A stretch of DNA of 64,000 nucleotides from Candidatus Parcubacteria bacterium (GCA_043760135.1 JAYUPL010000007.1:106-64105); one strand, 5' to 3'. Positions 50,191 through 60,941 are shown, counted from the first letter of the stretch. The notes: a model not told the origin generated them from the sequence alone. Numbers and translations are program-made.

Positions 50191-50505
50191 AATTTTCTTA
50201 TAATGCATTGTCACTATTTCAAGATGATCTTCGGTATGTTCGAGCACTATTCTGATTATCGGTATGGATCTTATGCTTTCAGAAAAATCTTTTGAAAAAT
50301 AAAGCCTATTACTATTTGTTTCCAACGAATTATAATTACTTAGAACATTTTCAATGTTGTCGATAATTAAATAAAGCCTTCCTAAAATATATTCATTTTC
50401 AGATCCAACTAATTCTCCAGACCTGCTCTCAACAAAATGCTTCAAGGCCCTCTTGGAAATATATACATCTTTGTCCTCCAGTCCGCATACAAACACCAAT
50501 CCCAA
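50173..50505 (-). CDS. hypothetical protein (110 aa)
   Basis: ORF track only. Confidence 0.35.
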   Translation of the reverse strand: MGLVFVCGLEDKDVYISKRALKHFVESRSGELVGSENEYILGRLYLIIDNIENVLSNYNSLETNSNRLYFSKDFSESIRSIPIIRIVLEHTEDHLEIVTMHYKKIKNTTG

Positions 50506-50716
50506 AAAATCTGCAATTAATTCACCTTTTTTAGATGGAAATATTCGTTAACTAGTTTTTTAATTGTAATTATATTTGTGTTAATTCTTCAATTTTACAA
50601 AACCACCCATAAACTCCCCATAAAGAAAAACCGAAGATTTCCACAAGAAAAGATGAAGAAAGGTAAAACCAGCCTCAAATTTTGCATTTTCTCAAAAAAT
50701 ATGTCAAAATGGTGCG

Positions 50717-52534
50717 ATGACTAATGAAAACTCAAATGATATAAGAAATATAGCGATTATTGCCCATGTGGACCACGGTAAAACAACTCTTGTTGATGCC
50801 ATGCTGCACTATACTGGTGCCATCAAAGCTGATGCGGGGTCTATGGACTCGAACTCTATCGAACAAGAAAGAGGTATTACTATTTATGCGAAAAATGCAT
50901 CTTTGACTTATAAAGGTCACAAGATCAATATTGTGGACACACCAGGTCATGCCGACTTCGGATCAGAGGTAGAGCGCGTACTTAGATCTATCGATACAGT
51001 GCTTTTGTTGGTTGATGCTCAAGAAGGTCCTATGCCTCAAACAAGATTCGTTCTTAAGAAATCTTTAGAGCTTGGATTAAACCCAATCATTATTATGAAC
51101 AAGTTGGATAAGCCTGCAGCTGATCCTCATAAAGTTCATGATGAGATTCTAGAATTGTTCATCGAACTTGGAGCACATGATTCACAACTAGATTTCCCAG
51201 TAGTATATGCGATTGGACGGGATGCAGTTGCTAAAAAAGAGTTGACAGACGAATTTGTCAATCTTGACCCGCTATTTGACATGATCATTTCTCATATTGC
51301 ACCAGCCAAGCCATCTCGTGAAGATGATGTATTTGTTGCTCAACCTTTCAACCTTGCCTACGACAACTTCCTAGGACGTATGGCACTTTGTCGTGTATGG
51401 AATGGATCAATGGAAATAAATAAGACTGTACACATATTGAATGCTGATAAAGCTCCACGAACAGGAAAGATTATTAAAATCTATTCATTCATAGGTCAAT
51501 CAAAAGTTGAAGTAGAAAAAGCTTCTGTTGGAGATATTGTTATGGTTGCTGGTTTAACTGATATCTATATCGGAGAAACTATTACTTCAGATCCAACTAT
51601 CGAACCTTTGAAAACTATCGGTATCGATGAACCGACTATTGCGCTTAACTTTTTGGTTAACAACTCACCATTTGCCGGAAAAGATGGAAAATATGTTACA
51701 TCAAGACAAATCAGAGATAGACTAGAAAAAGAACTTGAAGTAAATGTTGGACTTAAGGTTGATTTTGATAATGCAACGGGAGACACATTTAAAGTATATG
51801 GTCGTGGAGAATTGCACATCGCTGTTCTTCTAGAGCAAATGCGAAGAGAAGGTTTTGAAGTTCAAGTTTCAAATCCAGAGGTTATTACAAAAATGGTAGA
51901 TAATAGATTGAATGAGCCTTTTGAAGAAGTTGTAATCGACGTTCCTCAAGAATTCTCAGGTGCTGTTATTGAAAAACTTGGAAAAAGAAAAGGTATCATG
52001 ACTCAAATGTCAGAAAGAAATGGTATCTCAAGACTTGTATTTGAAATGCCAACAAGAGGTCTACTTGGTTACCGAGGTCAATTTACTATTGATACAAAAG
52101 GTGAAGGTATTCTATCATCACGTTTTATTGAGTTCAGACAGCACGTAGGTGTTATAGAGAAAAGAGAAGTTGGTTCTATGGTTTCTATGGAAAATGGAAA
52201 GGCACTTACGTTCGCTCTTGGAAACTTACAAACCCGTGGAGTATTATATATCATTGCTCAAACAGAAGTGTATGCTGGTATGGTTGTTGGTAACACATCG
52301 AAAGGAGAGGAGATGGAAGTTAACCCAACAAAAGCTAAACAGCTTACAAACATGCGTGCCTCAGGAACTGATGATGCTATCTTACTTGTTCCACCATATA
52401 CAATTACGATTGAAAGAGGATTGGAAATTATGCAAGATGATGAATATCTTGAAATCACTCCGAACAACGTAAGACTGCGAAAGAAATATTTGACAAAGAC
52501 TGATAGAGAGATGGCGAAGAAGAAGGCACAATAA
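50717..52534 (+). CDS. typA: translational GTPase TypA/BipA
   Basis: 'IRNIAIIAHVDHGKTTLVDAML', 'DTPGHADF', 605 aa. Confidence 0.85.
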   Translation: MTNENSNDIRNIAIIAHVDHGKTTLVDAMLHYTGAIKADAGSMDSNSIEQERGITIYAKNASLTYKGHKINIVDTPGHADFGSEVERVLRSIDTVLLLVDAQEGPMPQTRFVLKKSLELGLNPIIIMNKLDKPAADPHKVHDEILELFIELGAHDSQLDFPVVYAIGRDAVAKKELTDEFVNLDPLFDMIISHIAPAKPSREDDVFVAQPFNLAYDNFLGRMALCRVWNGSMEINKTVHILNADKAPRTGKIIKIYSFIGQSKVEVEKASVGDIVMVAGLTDIYIGETITSDPTIEPLKTIGIDEPTIALNFLVNNSPFAGKDGKYVTSRQIRDRLEKELEVNVGLKVDFDNATGDTFKVYGRGELHIAVLLEQMRREGFEVQVSNPEVITKMVDNRLNEPFEEVVIDVPQEFSGAVIEKLGKRKGIMTQMSERNGISRLVFEMPTRGLLGYRGQFTIDTKGEGILSSRFIEFRQHVGVIEKREVGSMVSMENGKALTFALGNLQTRGVLYIIAQTEVYAGMVVGNTSKGEEMEVNPTKAKQLTNMRASGTDDAILLVPPYTITIERGLEIMQDDEYLEITPNNVRLRKKYLTKTDREMAKKKAQ

Positions 52535-52633
52535 TTAATTTTATGTATTTGCTCCGTTTCAGTCCTCGGTCCTTTGCTTAGAGCAAAAGACCTGCGAAGA
52601 AACTCACTCATACATAAAATTAATAGTAAATGA

Positions 52634-52660
52634 AAAGCGTTCAGTGGTGGACGCTTTTTT
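52634..52660 (+). terminator. hairpin plus T-run downstream of typA; a TTGACT -35-like box follows at 52667
   Basis: 'AAGCGTtcagtggtggACGCTTTTTT'. Confidence 0.4.
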
Positions 52661-52725
52661 GTTGTGTTGACTTGCAAGGTTCGTTATGGTTTAATATATT
52701 CGTCAAACATTCAACATACACCATC

Positions 52726-53211
52726 ATGAAAATAATTGAACTTCCATGTCTCTATGAAGGCTTTCCTCTTTCTCTCGCTTGGTATGGCTACTCAACCATT
52801 GTAGAAACATACTCATTTCGGATATTCACTTTGAATAAGGAATATCTATCGTCGATCATTGTCGATTGGGACATTATTTCGATAATGGATATGATCTGCT
52901 CAGACTTTCCAGAGTATGCCGCTATTGAGCGTGCTGCGGCAGACGGACCTGTTGTTGAGTTGGCGGAGGCAAGACTTAAAACCAATAGGATTGCTATGGA
53001 TCAAATCCCTTTCGTTATTGAGGCTACCTTCTTTAAAACTGGCCACATTATGTCTCGTCAGTATATAAATGCAGGGGAAGAAACCCTGGGATACAGAGTT
53101 GTCTTTAGGTTTGCAGAGTCATTGCAAGCACCGGTTTCAGAGGATAACCCTCCGTTGTTTAATCCGCGGACTGATAGACTTTTTATACTCAGCAATAAAT
53201 TTATTGTATAG
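52726..53211 (+). CDS. hypothetical protein, higher G+C (start uncertain)
   Basis: ORF; internal Met 'MKIIELP' follows a promoter-like region. Confidence 0.3.
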   Translation: MKIIELPCLYEGFPLSLAWYGYSTIVETYSFRIFTLNKEYLSSIIVDWDIISIMDMICSDFPEYAAIERAAADGPVVELAEARLKTNRIAMDQIPFVIEATFFKTGHIMSRQYINAGEETLGYRVVFRFAESLQAPVSEDNPPLFNPRTDRLFILSNKFIV

Positions 53212-53227
53212 GTTTAATAATCCAACC

Positions 53228-53268
53228 CACGCGGTATCCTTCACAGGACCCGCGTGATTTTATTTATC
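53228..53268 (+). terminator. hairpin terminator
   Basis: 'CACGCGG...CCGCGTG ATTTTATTT'. Confidence 0.4.
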
Positions 53269-53615
53269 ATAATTTCAGTATTTCTTAATAATTTCAATAT
53301 CTACCTAGATAACATATAAAGAAAAAAGGTCGTCATCCTAACGGTCGACGCCTTTTTTCAAACTAGCCTTAGTTATTATAATATCAAAAAAATATTTTAT
53401 GTTAAATCTGCTAAAACATAAAATAAAAATACTCAACTAAGAGTATCTTTATCCATGCGACCGGCGCCAGCTTGTGAAGATGAGGATTGTTTAAATCCGG
53501 CGGTCTAACGGACCTTTTTCTCTTCAGCTTGTTACGCTATATATTATACTTGTGGAGAAAGGTAAGTCAAATACCATTCATAAACCCTCAAAACTGTGTT
53601 ATACTGCAAATAATT

Positions 53616-55247
53616 ATGCAAAAAACAAGCAACATCCTCACAAAATTAAAAGCTGCTCCCACCTACGTCTGGACCAATAAAAAGAAAAAAAGAGTGTGGA
53701 TTCCAGCTACGCTTATCGTCATTGCTTTGACTTTCAGTCTTTTTGGGGGAAATAAGTCAGCAGACGTGTCAACATATAAAGTCGAGGCTAAAGAATTTGT
53801 ACAAAATGTATCACTCACTGGAAAGGTGATAGCGGCTAAAAATGTAGACATGGGGTTTGAGACTTCGGGTCGTATCAACAGGGTAAATTTTAAAGTTGGC
53901 GACCGCGTTAAAAAAGGACAAGTCATCGCATCACTTCAAAATGGCGATGCGGTTTCTAACCTTCAAAAGAGTTATGCATCTGTATCAGCTCAGAGTGCAC
54001 GACTTCAAGATACTCAAAATGGTTCACGTCCTGAAGAAATTGCTATTGCAGAAGGTGATCTGACTGGTGCACAAAATGATCTTGATTTGTCTAAACAAGT
54101 TCTTGAAGCTGAGTTGCAAAACATTTACAATAAGGCTGATGAAGCTATTCGTTTTAAAATAGATAACACATTTACTAATCCACGCAGTGTAAATCCACAA
54201 TTTAACTATTCTATAGATCAAAACGCAAATTTAAAGCAAAAGTTATCAGAGGATAGATTGAAACTAACTGAGACTTTTGTAAAATGGAATGGTAAATTTA
54301 ATATCAGCAATATTGAAGAAGTAAAAGTATACATCATTCAAGTTCAGAATTTTATAAATGATGTTAATACTGCGATGTCTATAGTTGCCGAAAAATCAGT
54401 TTCAACCGATGCAAATTATGCAACTGTTCAATCAAACAAAGTCGATGTATCACTTGCTCGTACCAATTTTTCAACTGCCAACAATAGCTTCAACCAAGCG
54501 CAAATTGCATATAAAAACAGTCAAAATCTTTTGACTCGAGCACAAAATAACTTGAAATTAAAAATGTCTGGTGGAACAGCAACTCAGATCGGTATCCAAC
54601 GGGCTGATCTGCAAAGTGCAAATGCCGGTGTAAATAACGCTCGCGCAATTATAGCCAAAACTCTCATAACGGCACCATTTGATGGAGTGATAACTAAAGT
54701 TGATGTGAAGGAAGGGGAAATATCTTCACCAAATACACCAGTTATTAGTTTGCTTAATGACGGAGAATATCAAATAGAAACATTCGTTTCGGAAAATGAT
54801 ATTGCAAAACTAAAAGTAGATCAGACAACAAAAATATCATTAGATGCGTACGGCCGCGACGTATTTTTTAACGGTTTGATTATTTCTATCGACCCAGCTG
54901 AAACAATAAAAGATGGAGTTTCAACATATAGAACTAAAATACAATTTATCAATAAAGATGAACGTGTTAAAAGTGGTATGACTGCAAACATTGATATTGA
55001 AACTGATCGAAGACCAAATATTATTTCTATCCCTCAAGCAGCAGTGATTCTTTTGAAGGGAATAAAGAAAGTGTATGTACTCACAGATACTTCATGTGTG
55101 TTGGATAATTCATGTGCTACCAATTTCAAAAAAATGAAAGATGTACAAGTTGTTGAAATAAAAACAGGAGAAATAAATAATAATGGCGATATAGAAATAA
55201 TTTCAGGATTAGAAAATAATCAAACAATTATTTATGGAAAGAAATAA
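53616..55247 (+). CDS. HlyD/MacA-family periplasmic adaptor (membrane fusion protein) with very long coiled coil
   Basis: N-terminal TM, biotin-lipoyl-like 'VTLTGKVIAAKNVDMGFETSGRINRVNFKVGDRVKKGQVIASL', long coiled coil, C-terminal beta domains. Confidence 0.65.
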   Translation: MQKTSNILTKLKAAPTYVWTNKKKKRVWIPATLIVIALTFSLFGGNKSADVSTYKVEAKEFVQNVSLTGKVIAAKNVDMGFETSGRINRVNFKVGDRVKKGQVIASLQNGDAVSNLQKSYASVSAQSARLQDTQNGSRPEEIAIAEGDLTGAQNDLDLSKQVLEAELQNIYNKADEAIRFKIDNTFTNPRSVNPQFNYSIDQNANLKQKLSEDRLKLTETFVKWNGKFNISNIEEVKVYIIQVQNFINDVNTAMSIVAEKSVSTDANYATVQSNKVDVSLARTNFSTANNSFNQAQIAYKNSQNLLTRAQNNLKLKMSGGTATQIGIQRADLQSANAGVNNARAIIAKTLITAPFDGVITKVDVKEGEISSPNTPVISLLNDGEYQIETFVSENDIAKLKVDQTTKISLDAYGRDVFFNGLIISIDPAETIKDGVSTYRTKIQFINKDERVKSGMTANIDIETDRRPNIISIPQAAVILLKGIKKVYVLTDTSCVLDNSCATNFKKMKDVQVVEIKTGEINNNGDIEIISGLENNQTIIYGKK

Positions 55248-56529
55248 GCTAAAAAATAAAACTGCAAACAAAAAAATACACAATATTAAAATTGGATATT
55301 TTTTGGCCTATAGGCAATTGAAACACGCCAGTATATGGACTACGTCTTTGATTGTGGTTGTGATGATGCTTACGTTTTTGAACTTGGTTGTGGTAAATGG
55401 TATTTTGGTTGGACTTATTCAAAGTTCCATCCAAGCATCAGAGGAGAGATATTCTGGAAATGTAATTATTTCAACGTTGCGACAAAAATCCATCATTGAA
55501 AATTCTGCAGAAATTCAGAAGGTATTGGAGAGCTTACCTAATGTAATTGATGTAGTTCCTAGGGTTTTGGCTGGAGGTACAGTTAAGGCAGACTACAACA
55601 GACTGCTTCGAGAAGAAGAAACTCCAAATCAAGCTCAGGCCACAATCTCAGGAATCGTTCCTTCAAGAGAAGATAAAGCAACAGGACTTTCAAAATATGT
55701 TGTGGATGGAGCGTATTTGGATGATGCAGACAAAGACGGAATATTGGTTGGTGCATTTCTTGTAAATGAATTAACCCCGATTGATGCAGTTGGATTTTCA
55801 CAACTTAGGGAAGTTAAAGTTGGTGATAGGATAAAAGTTACGGTTGGAAATAATAGTAAGGAAGTATATATTCGTGGATTTATGAAATCAAAAATAGATA
55901 ATATCGATGCACGAATTATTATGATTGAATCAGAGCTTCGAAAATTGATCGGAAGAAGTGATACAAATGTTTCTGAGATAGCTGTAAAATTAACAGCAGG
56001 ATCAACCGAGCTTGATGGAGTTCGTGTAAAAGAAATTCTTTCTGCTAACGGCTATGATTTTGATGCAAAAATTCAAACCGCTACAGAGGCTCAGCCTAAA
56101 TTCTTAAAAGATATGAAAAGTTTATTTGGATTACTTGGAACATTGATGGGTTCTATTGGTTTGGTTGTGGCTTCGATTACTGTGTTCATTGTTATTTTTG
56201 TAAACACCTTAACACGACGTAAATTTATCGGAATATTAAAAGGTATTGGTATATCATCAAAATCAATTGAGTATTCATATATTATGCAATCTGCATTTTA
56301 TGCTATTGTTGGTGCAGCTCTTGGTATGATCGTTCTCTATGGATTTTTAGTTCCATTCATTGATGCTCACCCGATTAACTTTCCATTTTCTGATGGAATA
56401 TTATACGCACCGCTTGGTGGAACTCTTTGGAGGGTGCTGGCATTATTTATTACGACAATAGTTGCTGGATATATTCCTGCCAGAATGATTGTTAAAAAAA
56501 ATACATTAGATTCAATATTGGGACGATAA
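55234..56529 (+). CDS. ABC transporter permease, FtsX/MacB-like (4 TM, large extracytoplasmic domain)
   Basis: TM1, ~250-aa extracytoplasmic domain, three C-terminal TM helices; 14-nt overlap with the upstream gene. Confidence 0.7.
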   Translation: MERNKLKNKTANKKIHNIKIGYFLAYRQLKHASIWTTSLIVVVMMLTFLNLVVVNGILVGLIQSSIQASEERYSGNVIISTLRQKSIIENSAEIQKVLESLPNVIDVVPRVLAGGTVKADYNRLLREEETPNQAQATISGIVPSREDKATGLSKYVVDGAYLDDADKDGILVGAFLVNELTPIDAVGFSQLREVKVGDRIKVTVGNNSKEVYIRGFMKSKIDNIDARIIMIESELRKLIGRSDTNVSEIAVKLTAGSTELDGVRVKEILSANGYDFDAKIQTATEAQPKFLKDMKSLFGLLGTLMGSIGLVVASITVFIVIFVNTLTRRKFIGILKGIGISSKSIEYSYIMQSAFYAIVGAALGMIVLYGFLVPFIDAHPINFPFSDGILYAPLGGTLWRVLALFITTIVAGYIPARMIVKKNTLDSILGR

Positions 56530-56543
56530 ATTAAAATACATAT

Positions 56544-57215
56544 ATGCAAGATCCAATTATAAAAACAAAAAATCTTATACGATCATTTACCGATGGTGAT
56601 AAAGAGACCACCGTTTTAAAAAGTATTGATATGGAAATTCAGAGAGGGGAATTTGTAGCAATTATGGGTAGGTCTGGTGCCGGAAAATCAACTCTCCTCT
56701 ATCAAATATCTTTACTTGATACTCCAACTTCGGGTGAGATTGTAATCAATGGAGTTGATATTCACAATTTAACAGAGGATGAGAGAATTAATTTTCGTTT
56801 AAATAATCTTGGATATGTTTTTCAAGATTATGCCTTACTTCCTGATTTGACTGCTGTAGAGAATGTTTCTTTACCATTGTTAATGCAAGGGTACAATAGA
56901 GAACAAGCATATAACAGAGCTGTTGAGGTTTTGGATCAAGTAGGTCTTGACGGAAAATATAAAAACATACCAGCGAAACTTTCTGGTGGTCAGCAACAAA
57001 GAGTTTCGATTGCTCGAGCCTTAGCACACAGTCCAGCAATTATTTTTGCTGATGAGCCAACAGCAAACTTGGATATTGAGTCTTCACTTTTGGTTCTTAA
57101 AATTTTCAAAGAGATTCATGCTAAAGGTCAGACTATTGTTATGGTGACTCATGAGGCAGAGTATGCAAGAACTGCAGATAGGGTGATCGAGATGAAGGAT
57201 GGAATCATTGAATAG
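56544..57215 (+). CDS. ABC transporter ATP-binding protein (MacB/LolD-like)
   Basis: Walker A 'GRSGAGKST', signature 'LSGGQQQRVSIARAL', Walker B 'IIFADEPT'. Confidence 0.85.
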   Translation: MQDPIIKTKNLIRSFTDGDKETTVLKSIDMEIQRGEFVAIMGRSGAGKSTLLYQISLLDTPTSGEIVINGVDIHNLTEDERINFRLNNLGYVFQDYALLPDLTAVENVSLPLLMQGYNREQAYNRAVEVLDQVGLDGKYKNIPAKLSGGQQQRVSIARALAHSPAIIFADEPTANLDIESSLLVLKIFKEIHAKGQTIVMVTHEAEYARTADRVIEMKDGIIE

Positions 57216-57292
57216 GAACCCTCAATAAAAAATATTCATTCAAGGAAAGAATGAATATTTTTATATTTCGGGTTCAGAAGACAAGACATAGG

Positions 57293-57326
57293 CAAAAAAA
57301 ACGAGGCGGCCCTGGGTGGGACCGCC
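57293..57326 (-). terminator. terminator of the minus-strand gene 57334-57825
   Basis: On the minus strand: 'GGCGGTCCCACCCAGGGCCGCC' hairpin followed by a T-run. Confidence 0.5.
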
Positions 57327-57333
57327 TACTGTA

Positions 57334-57825
57334 TTACGAGTACTTTACGTGCAGGCAAAGCACCAAGTATGAATCTGACTGTGAACTGATAAATGTTCGA
57401 GATCTTACATGTAAATGCCAGTATTGTGGATATTCAGGATTTTGCTCCAGGCAGAGATAGTGATGATTGTCGATATCCTGTACCTGAAGTGATTTAGTGA
57501 GGGGTGTGTTGAAAGCGAACATTTTGTATCCACTGAATCGGCTGAAATCTATCAGACCTAAGTTGAGCCACCGAGACAGGATGTACATGTCCAAGATTGT
57601 GAGTTTAACAATGGAGCTGCAGATTCGATTTGCAGATATGGCCTCAATCTCATTGACGTTTGCTCGGGTTACATGAATCTTGCAACTCTGTGGTTTGCCG
57701 GCATAGTGCCAAGGATTTGGGTAAAAGTTGATGTTTTTCAGGACTGTTTTGAGGGTGACTTTCTTGTGCCGGAAATACCACCTCCTTTTTCCGACAATTT
57801 TTTTTGCTGGTGATGTATTTTTCAT
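57334..57825 (-). CDS. hypothetical protein (163 aa), higher G+C, basic N-terminus
   Basis: ORF track only. Confidence 0.35.
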   Translation of the reverse strand: MKNTSPAKKIVGKRRWYFRHKKVTLKTVLKNINFYPNPWHYAGKPQSCKIHVTRANVNEIEAISANRICSSIVKLTILDMYILSRWLNLGLIDFSRFSGYKMFAFNTPLTKSLQVQDIDNHHYLCLEQNPEYPQYWHLHVRSRTFISSQSDSYLVLCLHVKYS

Positions 57826-57909
57826 GTGCGTGGGGTTACAATTAAACAGTATAATATATCTACTGACTTGTCAAAACTCACCTAGCAAAAAACCTAAAAA
57901 TAAGGTACT

Positions 57910-59691
57910 ATGGGCACAATGCAGATTAGAAACTTTAGTATTATAGCCCATATAGATCACGGTAAATCAACTCTTGCCGATCGAATGCTTGAGATTACTC
58001 AAACGGTTGAAAAGAGAAAAATGACCAATCAGGTTCTCGACGACATGGAGCTCGAAAAAGAAAAAGGTATCACTATCAAGATGCGTCCTGTTCGTATGGA
58101 ATATAAGGGGCATGTTTTAAACTTGATCGATACACCAGGTCATATTGATTTCTCATATGAGGTATCTCGTGCACTTAAGGCAGTGGAAGGTTGCTTACTT
58201 TTGGTTGATGCTACGCAAGGGGTTCAGGCTCAAACATTAACCACATTAAATGCTGCCAAAGAAGCTGGGTTGGTTATCATTCCAGTATTATCAAAATCAG
58301 ATTCACCACTTGCTCGCATTGCCGATATTAAAAAAGAAGTATCTATTCTTTTGAATTGTGATGAGAGTACTATACTTGAAAGTTCAGGAAAAACTGGGGC
58401 TGGTGTGAAAGAGTTACTTGATGCAATAATAGAAATTATTCCGCCATCAAAATCAGAATCAGAAACAAAAGATCCGAGAGGTTTGATTTTTGATTTTCAA
58501 TATTCAAACCATAAAGGGGTAATTGTGTTTATTCGTGTTATGGATGGAGAGATTAGAAAAGGAGATGAGTTGATCTTCTCTCAAGCGGACGAAAAGTTCT
58601 TCGTGCTCGAGGTTGGAATTTTCGCTCCGGAGGAGCGTCCAGTCGATGTATTAACTGCCGGGTGTATTGGGTATATTGTGACAGGTATAAAACGATCAGG
58701 TATTGCAACAGTAGGAGATACGATCACAAGTTTTAGAAGACCGTTGCCTGCCTTGCCTGGATACATGAAGCCTTCGCCTGTGGTATGGGCATCTATTTTC
58801 CCAGAAGATGCGGATGACTTCGAATCATTAAAACAATCTCTTGGAAAATTATCTTTATCTGATTCATCGTATTCATACGAAGAAGAATCATCAGGAACGA
58901 TGGGAAGAGGTTTTCGTTGTGGATTTTTGGGACTTTTGCACTTGGAAATTATTACTGAACGTTTGAAGAGAGAATATAATTTGTCACTTATCATCGCTAG
59001 TCCAAGCATAACGTACGAAGTAACTTTGAAGAATGGAGAAGTTAAAATGGTATATTCACCGTCACTGTTTCCAGAACACGGATTTTATACAAAGGTTCGC
59101 GAGCCGTGGATTGTAGTAAAAATTATTTCACCAGGAAAATATTCTGGAAATATCTATCAGCTCTTATATGATCATGAAGGTGATTTGATTGAAACGGAAA
59201 ACTTCGGTGATGATAGACTATCACTTACAATCCTTATGCCGTTACGTGAGCTTATGAGGAACTTTTTTGATGAATTGAAGAGTGTAACTTCAGGTTACGG
59301 TTCTTTGTCATATGAATTTTTTGAAATGAAAGATGCTGACGTGACGCGAATGGATATCTTGGTTGCAGAAGAAGTGATTGAGGCATTTACAAGAGTTGTT
59401 GCTCAAAGAAGGTTAGATGAAGAAGCTACAAAAGCTGTGGAAAAACTAGAAGGTGTATTACCAAAGCAAATGTTCACGACCAAGATTCAAGCGAAATCAA
59501 ACGGGAGAATAATTGCATCAAGAACTTTATCTGCTATGCGTAAAGACGTTACAGGATATTTATATGGTGGAGATATTACACGAAAGATGAAGCTTTTGGA
59601 TAAACAAAAGAAGGGAAAGAAGAAAATGGCGGAAAGGGGTAAGGTTTCTATTTCTCATGAAGTGTTTTTGAAGATGATGAAGAATGGGTAG
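57910..59691 (+). CDS. lepA: elongation factor 4 (LepA)
   Basis: 'IRNFSIIAHIDHGKSTLADRML', 593 aa, LepA C-terminal domain. Confidence 0.9.
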   Translation: MGTMQIRNFSIIAHIDHGKSTLADRMLEITQTVEKRKMTNQVLDDMELEKEKGITIKMRPVRMEYKGHVLNLIDTPGHIDFSYEVSRALKAVEGCLLLVDATQGVQAQTLTTLNAAKEAGLVIIPVLSKSDSPLARIADIKKEVSILLNCDESTILESSGKTGAGVKELLDAIIEIIPPSKSESETKDPRGLIFDFQYSNHKGVIVFIRVMDGEIRKGDELIFSQADEKFFVLEVGIFAPEERPVDVLTAGCIGYIVTGIKRSGIATVGDTITSFRRPLPALPGYMKPSPVVWASIFPEDADDFESLKQSLGKLSLSDSSYSYEEESSGTMGRGFRCGFLGLLHLEIITERLKREYNLSLIIASPSITYEVTLKNGEVKMVYSPSLFPEHGFYTKVREPWIVVKIISPGKYSGNIYQLLYDHEGDLIETENFGDDRLSLTILMPLRELMRNFFDELKSVTSGYGSLSYEFFEMKDADVTRMDILVAEEVIEAFTRVVAQRRLDEEATKAVEKLEGVLPKQMFTTKIQAKSNGRIIASRTLSAMRKDVTGYLYGGDITRKMKLLDKQKKGKKKMAERGKVSISHEVFLKMMKNG

Positions 59692-59701
59692 ATATAACTT
59701 C

Positions 59702-59965
59702 CTATCTATACACCTCATCATGCGTGCCTATCTGTATCATCTCTACCAAAGTATACCCATCCTCCTCTCTAAATATTATACGTATATTGTAATTTACTCG
59801 AATTGATTTATACCCAACAAGCTTTCCTGTGAGGTTATGATTCATAAGTGAAATGTCAAAAGGATTTACTTCAAATTTTTCTATAGCTATATTTACTTTT
59901 CTTTGAAGTATAGAGTTGAGTTTTCTATATTGCTTTTCAAAGGTAGTATTAAAAATAATCCTCAT
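59702..59965 (-). CDS. RelE/ParE-family type II toxin
   Basis: 87 aa; '...KSIRVNYNIRIIFREEDGYTLVEMIQIGTHDEVY' RelE/YafQ-like C-terminus; begins 1 nt after the antitoxin stop. Confidence 0.6.
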   Translation of the reverse strand: MRIIFNTTFEKQYRKLNSILQRKVNIAIEKFEVNPFDISLMNHNLTGKLVGYKSIRVNYNIRIIFREEDGYTLVEMIQIGTHDEVYR

Positions 59966-59966
59966 A

Positions 59967-60278
59967 TTATTTTTTCTTCTTAAGGTAGGCTATGGCACTT
60001 TTGGCATCTTTGAACGTAGGAGATCGAGAAGTGTCCTTTGCGGCTTTTAGTATCTGATCTTCTTCTTTTTTGGAATAACTATAATACCAACTATCTGTAT
60101 CATCTATTACACTAAAAGGTATACCTTGTACCATATTCATCTTTTTAAGAAACATACGAAAAGCAGTAGGAAAATCAAGTCCTAGTTTATCCAAGAGCTT
60201 TTCACTGTCTTTTTTGAGTTTTGTGTCTATGCGTATTTGTATGTTTGTTGTCATAAATGTAGTGTAATGCATATGCAT
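59967..60278 (-). CDS. RelB/DinJ-family antitoxin
   Basis: 'NIQIRIDTKLKKDSEKLLDKLGLDFPTAFRMFLKKMNMVQGIPF' ribbon-helix-helix DinJ pattern. Confidence 0.6.
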   Translation of the reverse strand: MHMHYTTFMTTNIQIRIDTKLKKDSEKLLDKLGLDFPTAFRMFLKKMNMVQGIPFSVIDDTDSWYYSYSKKEEDQILKAAKDTSRSPTFKDAKSAIAYLKKKK

Positions 60279-60352
60279 GTGTTTTGCAAATGTTTAATTT
60301 ACCCCCGGTATACGAAAGCAACCGGGGTATTTTTTAATTCTTTAAATTATTA

Positions 60353-60381
60353 TTGACATGAGGGTATGTCAGGTATATAAA
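60353..60381 (+). promoter_or_regulatory. sigma70-like promoter (TTGACA-17-TATAAA)
   Basis: Followed by a 12-bp perfect inverted repeat (60425-60471) and a strong SD 'AAAGGAGGT' 6 nt before GTG at 60512. Confidence 0.35.
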
Positions 60382-60569
60382 TTAATAGTAAAAGAGCACT
60401 TTGTTGAAATGCAGAGCACAGCTTTTTGTATCTACATGTTTGGATATATAAAGCTGTGCTCAATCAGGAGCTCGTGCCAGTCATCTGTTTGCCTGTAAAA
60501 GGAGGTATATCGTGCGTCTAACACGGTGTATTAACTTAAATAGACGGTTTACCTTACTGCGCTCCGTTA

Positions 60570-60941
60570 ATGCGTACAAAAATTGCAATGTCCAGTTCAT
60601 CTATCCCTAATTCACCTAAAACCGATTTTTCAGTAATTCCAACTGATTTTGTCTTTCTCCGAAACCCTTCTCCTCGGCTGATCAAGGCTCTGGGTAAGAC
60701 GGAGGCAGATCTAGAGCCGGACGAATGGAACCGGGAAAATTTGAGATGGTTGAATCTTCCATCTGTACCTGAAGATGTCGAGATTTATTATGATGGTCTC
60801 GAAAGCACCTGTCTTTTGGAGGAACTTGAGGAAGAAGCGGTGGTCGAAGTAGCTACTGCGAACACTGTTCCGTTTGAGATTCCTAAGGTGTCTAAAAAAC
60901 AGACCCAGTTTAGACGCAAGGTGTGGAGAAAGTTCGCTTAG
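60570..60941 (+). CDS. hypothetical protein (123 aa) in a higher-G+C segment
   Basis: ORF track; an alternative GTG-initiated 32-codon ORF at 60512-60610 has the only strong SD seen in the window. Confidence 0.3.
   Translation: MRTKIAMSSSSIPNSPKTDFSVIPTDFVFLRNPSPRLIKALGKTEADLEPDEWNRENLRWLNLPSVPEDVEIYYDGLESTCLLEELEEEAVVEVATANTVPFEIPKVSKKQTQFRRKVWRKFA

Noticed and set aside
53290-53350. A-run / GC-palindrome / T-run element ('AAAAAAGGTCGTCATCCTAACGGTCGACGCCTTTTTT')
   Set aside because: Could not derive a convincing stem by hand (only partial complementarity around the GTCGAC palindrome); left uncalled.
57251-57460. 69-aa plus-strand ORF
   Set aside because: Overlaps the terminator and 3' end of the minus-strand gene 57334-57825; no support.
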